Positions 1-7,924 of a stretch of 64,000 nt of DNA are shown here, one piece after another. A program made the translations under genes and the position numbers. The notes below the pieces were generated by a model, which was given only the letters and a program-made list of their open reading frames with translations, did no database searches and was not told where the DNA came from. Each line of letters opens with the position of its first letter. Positions within the stretch are counted from its first letter, which is position 1. Origin of the DNA: Anaerovoracaceae bacterium (GTDB lineage Bacteria > Bacillota > Clostridia > Peptostreptococcales > Anaerovoracaceae); contig CAVIGM010000003.1 in NCBI GenBank assembly GCA_963642455.1, forward strand, positions 1,716 through 65,715, written 5' to 3'.

Positions 1-839
1 GCAACAAATTCCTCGGGCACATCCGCGAGGTCGACGCCATAGTTCATGTTGTGCGCTGCTTCGACGACGGCAATGTTGTCCATGTTGACGGAAGAATTGA
101 CCCGATTTCGGACATCGAAACGATAAATACCGAGCTGATTATCTCGGACATGGAGGTTCTCGACAGGAGAATTCAGAAGACGATGAAGCAGCTTAAGGCA
201 GACAAAAGCGCCCAGGCAGAGCTTGATCTTCTTAATCGCATCAACGACTTTATCGCTGACGGCAAGCCTGCAAGAAATATGGACCTCGACGACGAGGAGA
301 AAGATTTCGTTAAGAGCCTTGACCTTCTTTCGTATAAGCCTGTAATTTATGCCGCTAATATCTCCGAGGACGATATCGCGGGCGAGGCCAATGATTATGT
401 CAAGAAGGTGCAGGAATATGCGGCTTCCGAAGGCTCCGAGCTCGTTGTTATTTGTGCAAAAATCGAGGCTGAGCTGTCGGAACTTGACGATGAAGAGAAG
501 GCAATGTTCCTCGAGGAGCTTGGTCTATCCGAGTCAGGCCTCGACAAGCTTATTAAATCCTCCTATTCCCTGCTTGACCTCATTTCCTTTATTACGACCG
601 GCGAGGATGAGACAAGAGCTTGGACCATCAAGCGCGGAACACTCGCACCTAAGGCCGCAGGAAGAATCCACACGGATTTCGAGAAAGGTTTTATAAGAGC
701 TGAGACCATCGCTTACGATAAGCTTATGGAATGTGACGGCAAGCTTTCCGCTGCTAAGGAAAAAGGCTGGCTCAGGTCCGAGGGCAAGGACTACGAGGTG
801 AAGGACGGCGACATCTGCCACTTCCTTTTCAATGTGTAA
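1..839 (+). CDS. ychF: Ribosome-binding ATPase YchF (5' end truncated by the window edge)
   Basis: The frame is open from nt 3 (NKFLGHIREVDAIVHVVRCFDD...). The C-terminal TGS-like end (RAWTIKRGTLAPKAAGRIHTDFEKGFIRAE...DGDICHFLFNV) is typical of YchF/Ola1. The GTG at 51 in the ORF track is internal. Confidence 0.9.
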   Translation, partial: NKFLGHIREVDAIVHVVRCFDDGNVVHVDGRIDPISDIETINTELIISDMEVLDRRIQKTMKQLKADKSAQAELDLLNRINDFIADGKPARNMDLDDEEKDFVKSLDLLSYKPVIYAANISEDDIAGEANDYVKKVQEYAASEGSELVVICAKIEAELSELDDEEKAMFLEELGLSESGLDKLIKSSYSLLDLISFITTGEDETRAWTIKRGTLAPKAAGRIHTDFEKGFIRAETIAYDKLMECDGKLSAAKEKGWLRSEGKDYEVKDGDICHFLFNV

Positions 840-910
840 TTAATGTTTAATTATTGTGCGATTAACATGTAATAGCAATCGACAATTATAGTTTCAAATA
901 ATATTTAAGT

Positions 911-1957
911 ATGAAGAAATTCGAGCGAGAATACAATATTTCTGAATACAAAGGCGAGGCTTACTCCCACTACTTTGGTGGGCTTAAGCCTTGTGTTTTT
1001 GATATAGAAGCGACAGGTCTGAGCCCAAGGCTCTGCAAGGTCATTATGACCGCGATGCTTGTGCCTACCGACAAAGGCGTCAAGATCACGCAGTTTCTTG
1101 CGGAGAATCACTACGAAGAGGACAAGGTCCTTACGGCCACCATGGATTTTCTGCATGAAGAAGGAATCGATTATCTGATTACCTACAACGGGCAGACCTA
1201 CGACGTCCCTTTCGTGAACACAAGGCTCGACATGCTCTGCCTCCCTTACCAGCTCGATTTGTATGATTTTGACCTATATAAATTTCTTAAGAAACACAGC
1301 ATACTTCCAAGGCTTCTCGATTCGCTCAGTCAGGCTTCGGTCGAAAGGTTCTTCATGATTAGAAAGGATCGAGAGGATACGATTTCTGGAAAAGAAATCA
1401 TCGTGCTTTTCGACGAGTACGCAAGGACGGGAAACTCGCAGATTGAGAAGGTGATACTGACTCACAATCGCGAGGATGTTCTGCAGTTATATAAAATTCT
1501 GCATAATGCAGGCGGCAATGAGTGGTCTTTCGTTCTTGACGGGGCGTCCTTCGACTCAGCGATTTCGTCCTATGGTGTTCCTGCGGGCAAGGCGCGCTTC
1601 TCTGTTCGCCCTTCAATAGATAAGAGCCGCAACATGCTGAGAATTAGAGGAAGGCAGAATACCGATCCAATCGGCGCCGCTTATTTCTCAGGCATCAACT
1701 CGCCTATTACGGCAATGTTCAACTTTGCTACCAAATCAATCGATATCAATCTGCCTTTAAGCAAATACGCGGATTCTTTCTATGTAGATATAAAAGCCCT
1801 CGGATTCGAGGACTTTGAATGCGTCCAACTCCGAGAGCTTGAAACTTGTGATGCTTATGTAAATGGATATCTTGTTCTGCTTGACGAGGGCAAGCCATCT
1901 TGGCGCGCCATCAACGACCTTTCCTGCAAGCTTGTAAGCATTCTCGCAAATCGCTAA
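911..1957 (+). CDS. RNase H-fold 3'-5' exonuclease, YprB-like (PolB-exonuclease-related), with an unassigned C-terminal region of about 150 aa
   Basis: DEDD-type motifs are present: CVFDIEATGL (Exo I) and YNGQTYDVPFV (Exo II). HNREDV lies further downstream. Confidence 0.6.
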   Translation: MKKFEREYNISEYKGEAYSHYFGGLKPCVFDIEATGLSPRLCKVIMTAMLVPTDKGVKITQFLAENHYEEDKVLTATMDFLHEEGIDYLITYNGQTYDVPFVNTRLDMLCLPYQLDLYDFDLYKFLKKHSILPRLLDSLSQASVERFFMIRKDREDTISGKEIIVLFDEYARTGNSQIEKVILTHNREDVLQLYKILHNAGGNEWSFVLDGASFDSAISSYGVPAGKARFSVRPSIDKSRNMLRIRGRQNTDPIGAAYFSGINSPITAMFNFATKSIDINLPLSKYADSFYVDIKALGFEDFECVQLRELETCDAYVNGYLVLLDEGKPSWRAINDLSCKLVSILANR

Positions 1958-2132
1958 AAAGCGCGACTTCAAGAAGCTTCCTCTTCGCCACTCGGCGCGG
2001 CAACTGCTTCTTGAAGGGCCTTTGGCGACGCCTGTACTTAGCGATTGGCCGAGGGCTCGTCCCTCGGACAGAGCTTAGTATCAGCTGCGTCGACAACGGA
2101 GCGAGAGCGTGCCTTCAAGAAGCTCTTACGCG

Positions 2133-3020
2133 TTATTCTATGTCGCGGATGTCCGAGAAACCTTTTCCAAGGCCCCATACGGAATTGACGCTGAATACCG
2201 CCACAAACGACTGCGGATCGTTCTTCGCAAGATGCCTCTTAATCAGAAAGCTCTCGCGAGGCGAGCAGATAATCTTTAGTTGTTTCTTCATTTCTCCTGT
2301 ATACTCACCTACGATTTCGGTCGACGTAACTCCCCTGCCGATTTCCTTTATAACATATTTGCTAATCTCATCTGGTATCGACGTGATGATATTGAGCTCA
2401 ACGAGCTTGCCGGAAACGCCGTAGAGAACCGCATCTGTCATTTTCATATTTATATACATGATGATGAGCGCATACAGAGCGATGTTGATGCCGAATACGA
2501 AGGCTGACGCCACTACGATAAAGACATCTATTATAAAAGAAATCCTCGACAGCGCAATGTATGGGAAGAATTTGTACTTGATGACCTTCGCAAGCGAGTC
2601 TGTGCCGCCGGAGGAATATCCTCCGAGGAAGGTGATGCCGTTGGAAATCCCGAATGCCACTCCGCAGAAAATAGCCGAAAGGAAAATATCCTGAGTTCTC
2701 AGAAGTTGCAGATTGAGCTTCTCGAAAATGAACATAATAATAGGATAGGCAAATGACATCGCTATGATTTTCCTTGCCTCCTTGAAGCCGAGCGAAACCC
2801 ATACGATGATAAGAACTATCATTGCAAAGCCGTAATAGATTAAAGAATAGCTAAGGCTTGTAAAATGCTGGACGATTCTCGAAAGGCCGGTTACTCCGCC
2901 GTAGGTCAAGCCGCTTGGAATCATAATCGCAACAATCGCAAACGAGCCGACACTACTTCCGAGCAGCACCGTAAGCGCCTCATTTAGGATTTTGCCGAAT
3001 TTGCTATCAGTCTTAATCAT
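2133..3020 (-). CDS. YitT-family membrane protein (2x DUF161-like TM regions plus DUF2179-like C-terminal domain)
   Basis: It is polytopic and hydrophobic, with GGVTGLSRI and GGYSSGGTD motifs. The soluble C-terminal domain (ELNIITS...VTSTEIVGEYTG...) is typical of YitT. Confidence 0.7.
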   Translation of the reverse strand: MIKTDSKFGKILNEALTVLLGSSVGSFAIVAIMIPSGLTYGGVTGLSRIVQHFTSLSYSLIYYGFAMIVLIIVWVSLGFKEARKIIAMSFAYPIIMFIFEKLNLQLLRTQDIFLSAIFCGVAFGISNGITFLGGYSSGGTDSLAKVIKYKFFPYIALSRISFIIDVFIVVASAFVFGINIALYALIIMYINMKMTDAVLYGVSGKLVELNIITSIPDEISKYVIKEIGRGVTSTEIVGEYTGEMKKQLKIICSPRESFLIKRHLAKNDPQSFVAVFSVNSVWGLGKGFSDIRDIE

Positions 3021-3053
3021 TTCCTATCCTCCATTCTCAAATTTTCTTAACAA

Positions 3054-3108
3054 GTTCTAAGTTCTAACTTCGAAATTCTAAGTTCTAAGTTCATGCATTT
3101 CGAAATTC
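3054..3108. repeat. Composite short tandem repeats (GTTCTAA x4, TTCGAAATTC x2)
   Basis: These are read directly in the spacer between the MTase stop and the yitT start. Confidence 0.8.
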
Positions 3109-3123
3109 AATCTCAATGCGTAC

Positions 3124-4512
3124 TCAATTCAAATCACATTCGAAGAAATATTCTCTGCCGAAGACGTCGACGGCAATAAATGCAACGCGGCCAGACGCCA
3201 CTACGCTTATTCTATCCCAATCGGAAGAAATGGTGCTGCCCGTCGCGAAGCCTTGAATCCTTCCTTTATAAGCTGCATCCACCATAATATAATCGATGAA
3301 GCTCTGCGGGCATTTGTTTGCAAGGTCTTCAATATCATCCCTCTCTTTGAAAGGAATATGCCCAATATCTATATCGGGTATGAATTTGCTAAGCGAGAAA
3401 GTGCATAGCCTTCTGCCATCTTCAAGCTCCTCGCTGCTGCTAAGATCAAATTCCAAGCAGCCTCGCCTTAGACGACGCTCATTTGCGTCCGTTATGAATC
3501 GATAATTCGCATTTAGAAGCTCGAGCCTTTTTCTACTCATTCCAAGGGCAAGCTCTTCAACATCGCAGCCTATCCACTTGCGACCTAAGCCCTCCGCAGC
3601 TTCAAGAAGCGAGCCTGATCCGCAGAAGAAATCCGCGCAGATGTCGCCCGCCTTCGAGGCCGAGCATACAATTCTTTCCATTAGCTCCATAGGCTTCTGT
3701 GTCGCATATCCGGTTCTTTCCTTCGACGTCCTTCCGACCATATCAATCGACCAGACATCCTTGGCATTTACCATGGTGTACCAACCGTAATCGTCCTTAT
3801 ATTCCTCGACGCCTTTGAAATTATACGGCTTCAAGTCACGATTGTAAGACTTTTCCTTGGCGACCTCAAGATAGTATTGTGAAGATTTCGCATAGACTAA
3901 GATGGTGTCGTGTTTTCTCGAGAAATGCTTGCTGCTTGAGCCTCCCGATTTGTAACTCCAGATTATTTCGTTGACGAAATTCTTCTCGCCCATGAGTTCG
4001 TCGAGTATGAGCTTGACATAATGAGACGAGTGCCAGTCAAGATGTATCCACAAGGTTCCGTCGTCGGAGAGCAGCTCCTTCATAAGTACGAGCCTTGCCG
4101 TTATATTGCAAATATAAAATTCAAGGCTTCTTTCGAAGGTGTCGTCGTAAGCAAGGTGGTGGAATTTGTGGCTTCGTCCCTCTTCGTCTGTGATGCTGAA
4201 GCTGGCGTTGTATTTGGCCTTAGAGAAAAAAGGCGGGTCTATGTATATCAGCTTGATGCGACCCTTGTATCCGTGTTCGAGCAGCCACTTCATATACGAC
4301 AAATTATCCGCTCTCGCAAGCAGATTCTCGCTGCAGCCTTTGCTTGAATCGAGGCTTAGCTCCCCGCTGCATTCTTTTGCGGGCTTAGTCTCGCTCTTGT
4401 CACCGAGCTCGCCATTTGGCTTGGGCTCATATTCGGCATTTAGAGCGCCTACCCTTTCGGCAAGAGCCATGCCCTCATTCATTCCATTTCTGATTTCGTC
4501 AATGATACTCAA
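3124..4512 (-). CDS. Site-specific DNA methyltransferase, beta-class (N6-adenine or N4-cytosine), with extra N- and C-terminal regions
   Basis: Motif IV (IYIDPPFF) precedes motif I (DFFCGSGS), which is the beta permutation. The start is TTG behind a GAGGAAG RBS. An unassigned tail of about 130 aa follows the MTase core. Confidence 0.8.
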   Translation of the reverse strand: MSIIDEIRNGMNEGMALAERVGALNAEYEPKPNGELGDKSETKPAKECSGELSLDSSKGCSENLLARADNLSYMKWLLEHGYKGRIKLIYIDPPFFSKAKYNASFSITDEEGRSHKFHHLAYDDTFERSLEFYICNITARLVLMKELLSDDGTLWIHLDWHSSHYVKLILDELMGEKNFVNEIIWSYKSGGSSSKHFSRKHDTILVYAKSSQYYLEVAKEKSYNRDLKPYNFKGVEEYKDDYGWYTMVNAKDVWSIDMVGRTSKERTGYATQKPMELMERIVCSASKAGDICADFFCGSGSLLEAAEGLGRKWIGCDVEELALGMSRKRLELLNANYRFITDANERRLRRGCLEFDLSSSEELEDGRRLCTFSLSKFIPDIDIGHIPFKERDDIEDLANKCPQSFIDYIMVDAAYKGRIQGFATGSTISSDWDRISVVASGRVAFIAVDVFGREYFFECDLN

Positions 4513-4554
4513 TCTATCTTCCTCTTTATCGGTATCTTCTTTGGTTCTATCCGT

Positions 4555-4630
4555 TGTCGAAGCTTGTCTCCCTTGTCGAAGCTTATCTCCCTTGTTGAAG
4601 CTTCTATCCCTTGTCGAAGCTTATCAAAGA
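4555..4630. repeat. Four tandem 19-bp direct repeats (TGTCGAAGCTTATCTCCCT consensus), each containing AAGCTT
   Basis: Units lie at 4555-4573, 4574-4592, 4593-4611 and 4612-4630, with 1-4 mismatches each. They are 43-118 nt upstream of the MTase TTG start. Confidence 0.9.
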
Positions 4631-4661
4631 ATTAAAGAATCCCGTGCGTATGCGCGGGATT
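4625..4661 (-). terminator. Terminator of the small P-loop NTPase gene
   Basis: The hairpin AATCCCG..CGGGATT (4638-4661) is followed on the minus strand by CUUUAAUUCUUUG. Confidence 0.55.
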
Positions 4662-4687
4662 GCTTCTTTTATCTTAATCTATATCTC

Positions 4688-5110
4688 TTAGTTCAGAACT
4701 TCAATTCCTTCGAAGTCGACACCAAGCATTTCCTCAAGCTCAGCGCTGATGCTGATTACGAAGTTGATTCCGTATTCCTTTGAAATCACCTTGAGCTTAT
4801 TGATGAAGCTTGGTAATACCTCAAGCGAGAAATCAGCGTGCTTCATAACGCCATCAAGATACATTGTCTCGATATCGTTATCTGAGCTGATGATTCCGAA
4901 GATGAAGCCAATATATTCATCCTCGTTTGTAATATGCTTGAAGTCCTCCATGCAAATTACTCGAATGTTATAGTCAAGGTCGAAAATAAGTCGTGCGTTC
5001 TTGTTAATGAAAATGATGCTTCCCTTTGCCTGCTGAACATGCTCATTAGCAAGCTCAATCATCTTCTTTGTCTTTCCGCTACCCTTATGTCCGACTAATA
5101 CCTTCACCAT
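4688..5110 (-). CDS. Small stand-alone P-loop NTPase (140 aa), function unknown
   Basis: Walker A is GHKGSGKT at aa 7-14 and a Walker-B-like ETMYLDG is present. It has its own TTGAAC-17-TATAAT promoter and its own terminator. Confidence 0.5.
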   Translation of the reverse strand: MVKVLVGHKGSGKTKKMIELANEHVQQAKGSIIFINKNARLIFDLDYNIRVICMEDFKHITNEDEYIGFIFGIISSDNDIETMYLDGVMKHADFSLEVLPSFINKLKVISKEYGINFVISISAELEEMLGVDFEGIEVLN

Positions 5111-5143
5111 TTCGCTTGTCCTCCTACAAAATTAAGTTCCCTT

Positions 5144-5172
5144 ATTATATTCCAGCACGAGAATTTGTTCAA
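5144..5172 (-). promoter_or_regulatory. Promoter of the small P-loop NTPase gene: TTGAAC, 17 nt, TATAAT
   Basis: The minus strand reads TTGAACaaattctcgtgctggaaTATAAT. A GGAGG RBS follows about 20 nt downstream. Confidence 0.65.
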
Positions 5173-5217
5173 GAGAATAAATTCAAGTATTCTAAGATAA
5201 TTTCCTTATTATTTAGC

Positions 5218-6474
5218 TTACTTAGCCTCTTTAGCCTTAGCGTCGAGTTCCTTAACTACCTCGTCAATTCTATGAGCAACTTTGCGGAAATCATCTTCCT
5301 TGAATCCTCTTGTTGTCATAGGCGCTGTACCAACTCTTACTCCTGAAGTCTGCATTGGTGAACGCTTCTCGTTAGGAACGCAGTTCTTATTGAGAGTGAT
5401 GCCAACCTCGTCAAGAGCATTCTGCAGGTCTTTTCCTGTAAAATCATGATCCGAAAGGTCGAGAAGGAATACGTGGTTATCTGTTCCGCCTGTTACAACA
5501 TTGTATCCGAGCTTAACGAATTCGTCTGCAAAAGCAGCACAGTTAAGTCTAACCTGGTGCTGATATTCCTTGAATTCAGGCTTAAGTGCTTCCTCAGCGC
5601 ATACTGCCTTACCTGCGATGATGTGCTCAAGTGGGCCACCCTGTGCGTAAGGGAATACAGCGCTGTCAACCTTCTTAGCGAGCTCTGGCTTTGCAAAAAT
5701 CAGTCCGCCACGAGGTCCTCTAAGTGTCTTATGTGTTGTTGTAGTTACGATGTCTGCATATCCGAATGGTGATGGATGCTCCTCTGCAGCTACAAGTCCT
5801 GCGATATGAGCCATATCTACCATGAAGTATGCTCCAACTTCCTTTGCAACCTCTGCAAAAGCAGGGAAATCTATAATTCTTGAATATGCGCTTGCGCCTG
5901 TCAGGATCAGCTTAGGGTGAAGCTCTCTTGCCTTCTTCTTGAGGTCTTCCATATCGATGAAGCCGTTGTCGTCTACATCATAGAAGTGAACGTCATAGAG
6001 CTTGCCGCTGAAGTTAACGCTTGATCCGTGTGTAAGGTGTCCGCCATTATCAAGGTTAAGACCAAGAATGGTATCTCCTGGCTCAAGTACAGCCTTGTAT
6101 GCTGCGAAATTAGCCTGTGAGCCTGAATGAGGCTGAACATTTACATGGTAGTCTGTCTTGAATACTTTTCTCCACATATCGCAGCAGTATTCTTCGAGCT
6201 CATCAACGTACTTAGTTCCGCCATAATATCTTCCCTTGTTGCCGGAGGTTCTTACATAAGGATAACCCTCAGCATACTTCCAAGAAAGGCAGCTTCCGCA
6301 TGCAGCCATTACAGCCTCTGAGCAATAGTTCTCTGAAGCGATTAACTCGATGTTATTCTGCTGACGCTTATACTCTTTGTTAATCATCTCAGCTACCGTT
6401 GGAGAAACCTTAGCAATTTCGTCAACTATCATCTGGTTGTAATTGCTGTTGTCGATACCATTTCTGTCAAACAT
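5218..6474 (-). CDS. glyA: Serine hydroxymethyltransferase
   Basis: The full-length 418-aa protein carries the SHMT signature [14 protein letters not shown] (PLP lysine). Confidence 0.95.
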   Translation of the reverse strand: MFDRNGIDNSNYNQMIVDEIAKVSPTVAEMINKEYKRQQNNIELIASENYCSEAVMAACGSCLSWKYAEGYPYVRTSGNKGRYYGGTKYVDELEEYCCDMWRKVFKTDYHVNVQPHSGSQANFAAYKAVLEPGDTILGLNLDNGGHLTHGSSVNFSGKLYDVHFYDVDDNGFIDMEDLKKKARELHPKLILTGASAYSRIIDFPAFAEVAKEVGAYFMVDMAHIAGLVAAEEHPSPFGYADIVTTTTHKTLRGPRGGLIFAKPELAKKVDSAVFPYAQGGPLEHIIAGKAVCAEEALKPEFKEYQHQVRLNCAAFADEFVKLGYNVVTGGTDNHVFLLDLSDHDFTGKDLQNALDEVGITLNKNCVPNEKRSPMQTSGVRVGTAPMTTRGFKEDDFRKVAHRIDEVVKELDAKAKEAK

Positions 6475-6544
6475 TTTTTTCTTCTTCCTTTCGCTTTGAA
6501 AAATTTAGATTTTGTTAAAATTGTTATTGTGGTTATGTTTATAT

Positions 6545-7849
6545 TCAGCTTGAAGGCCTATTCACTATCAAGGCTCTGATGCCACCTATAAGATATATCG
6601 AGCCAAGTATAAGAACTATATCGTAATTGTCTCTCTTGGCAAGTTCGAGCAATTCTTCCTTGCTATGACAAGCGATGCAACTACAGCCCTTATCTGTGAA
6701 TCTATCCTTAAGCTTCTCGCAGTCAAATGAACGCTCGCTCTCAACTTGCACTGCCGCAAGATGGCAAGCAGCGAACTCATTTGAAATCTGCTCTATCATT
6801 GTATCGCATTCCTTGTCCGAAAGACAACCAAAAGCCAGCAAAATTTTCTCATCTCTTGCAAACGGGAAGGCCTTACGGAAGGTATTTATCGCAGCATCGA
6901 TTCCCGACGGATTATGCGCGCCGTCGATAATGATATAAGGATTGATCTGCATTATCTCGAAGCGGCCTGGATTTCTCGCTAATCTAAGGCCTTCTCTTAT
7001 CGCCTCATCAGAAATTGCTATTGCCTCCTTAAGAAGGCTTATGCTTGCAATTGCATTTCTTACCTGATGCTCTCCTATCATTCCGATGACGAGATTCTCA
7101 TATAACTGCCCTTCTATCTTGGCGTCGAAGCAGGTCAGCATTCCCTCGTCCGTCTCCAACGCATAATCTCTAATGCTATATTCATTCAGCGAAGAGTCGA
7201 CAAATTTCGCCCCCTTCTCTTCGGCTTCCCCTCTAAGAAGCTCCCTTACCTCATCCTCCGAGGACTCCGAGACTACGGGAATGCTTTCTTTTATAATGCA
7301 GGCCTTCTCGGCTGCAATCGCCGATAGCGTATGACCGAGCATCATAGTGTGGTCAAGCCCGATTTGCGTAATAAGGCAGGCAAGCGGCTTATCTATTGTA
7401 TTAGTCGCATCATAGCGGCCGCCTATGCCAACTTCCATTATTACATAATCTGGCTTCTTCTCTTCGAAATAAAGGTAAGCGACTGCTGTAAGCACTTCGA
7501 ACAAGGAAGGTCCGCCATAGCCTTCATCTATAAGGGTATCCTTGCAGCTAAGCACCTTATCTGAGAGCCTTTGGAAACTTGCATCGTCAATCATCTCCCC
7601 TGTTATCTGAAATCTCTCGTTATAGACCATCACATGTGGTGATGTGAACATTCCGACTGTATAGCCCTCCGCTTCGAGCATGGCCTTAATGAAGAAGGAA
7701 CAAGAGCCCTTGCCATTTGTTCCTCCAACATGAAAAATCCTAAGACTTCTCTCAGGATTTCCCAATAGTTCCATCAGCCTTCTCATTCTCGCAAGGCCTA
7801 CAGGTCCTTTATTTCTTGTTGCTTCAACGATGCGGTCGAATATTTCCAT
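6545..7849 (-). CDS. folC: Bifunctional folylpolyglutamate synthase / dihydrofolate synthase
   Basis: It has the Mur-ligase-type P-loop HVGGTNGKGS, and the length and layout are typical of FolC. Confidence 0.85.
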   Translation of the reverse strand: MEIFDRIVEATRNKGPVGLARMRRLMELLGNPERSLRIFHVGGTNGKGSCSFFIKAMLEAEGYTVGMFTSPHVMVYNERFQITGEMIDDASFQRLSDKVLSCKDTLIDEGYGGPSLFEVLTAVAYLYFEEKKPDYVIMEVGIGGRYDATNTIDKPLACLITQIGLDHTMMLGHTLSAIAAEKACIIKESIPVVSESSEDEVRELLRGEAEEKGAKFVDSSLNEYSIRDYALETDEGMLTCFDAKIEGQLYENLVIGMIGEHQVRNAIASISLLKEAIAISDEAIREGLRLARNPGRFEIMQINPYIIIDGAHNPSGIDAAINTFRKAFPFARDEKILLAFGCLSDKECDTMIEQISNEFAACHLAAVQVESERSFDCEKLKDRFTDKGCSCIACHSKEELLELAKRDNYDIVLILGSIYLIGGIRALIVNRPSS

Positions 7850-7888
7850 TTAATATCAATGACTAAGCTATTGAATAATCTTATCTGT

Positions 7889-7924
7889 AATTTGATCTTG
7901 AATTTGATCTCGGATTTGATCTCC
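7889..7924. repeat. 3 x 12-bp tandem repeat (AATTTGATCTYG)
   Basis: The array abuts the valS stop codon (7924-7926). Confidence 0.85.

Noticed and set aside
3124-4512. The methyltransferase as part of a restriction-modification or BREX/DISARM-type defence locus, with M.HindIII-like AAGCTT specificity.
   Set aside because: No endonuclease, specificity, helicase or PglZ-type genes lie within several kb. AAGCTT is very frequent across the window (from the Lys-Leu codon pair AAG-CTT; seen by eye, not counted), so there is no site avoidance. The target specificity cannot be inferred from the sequence.
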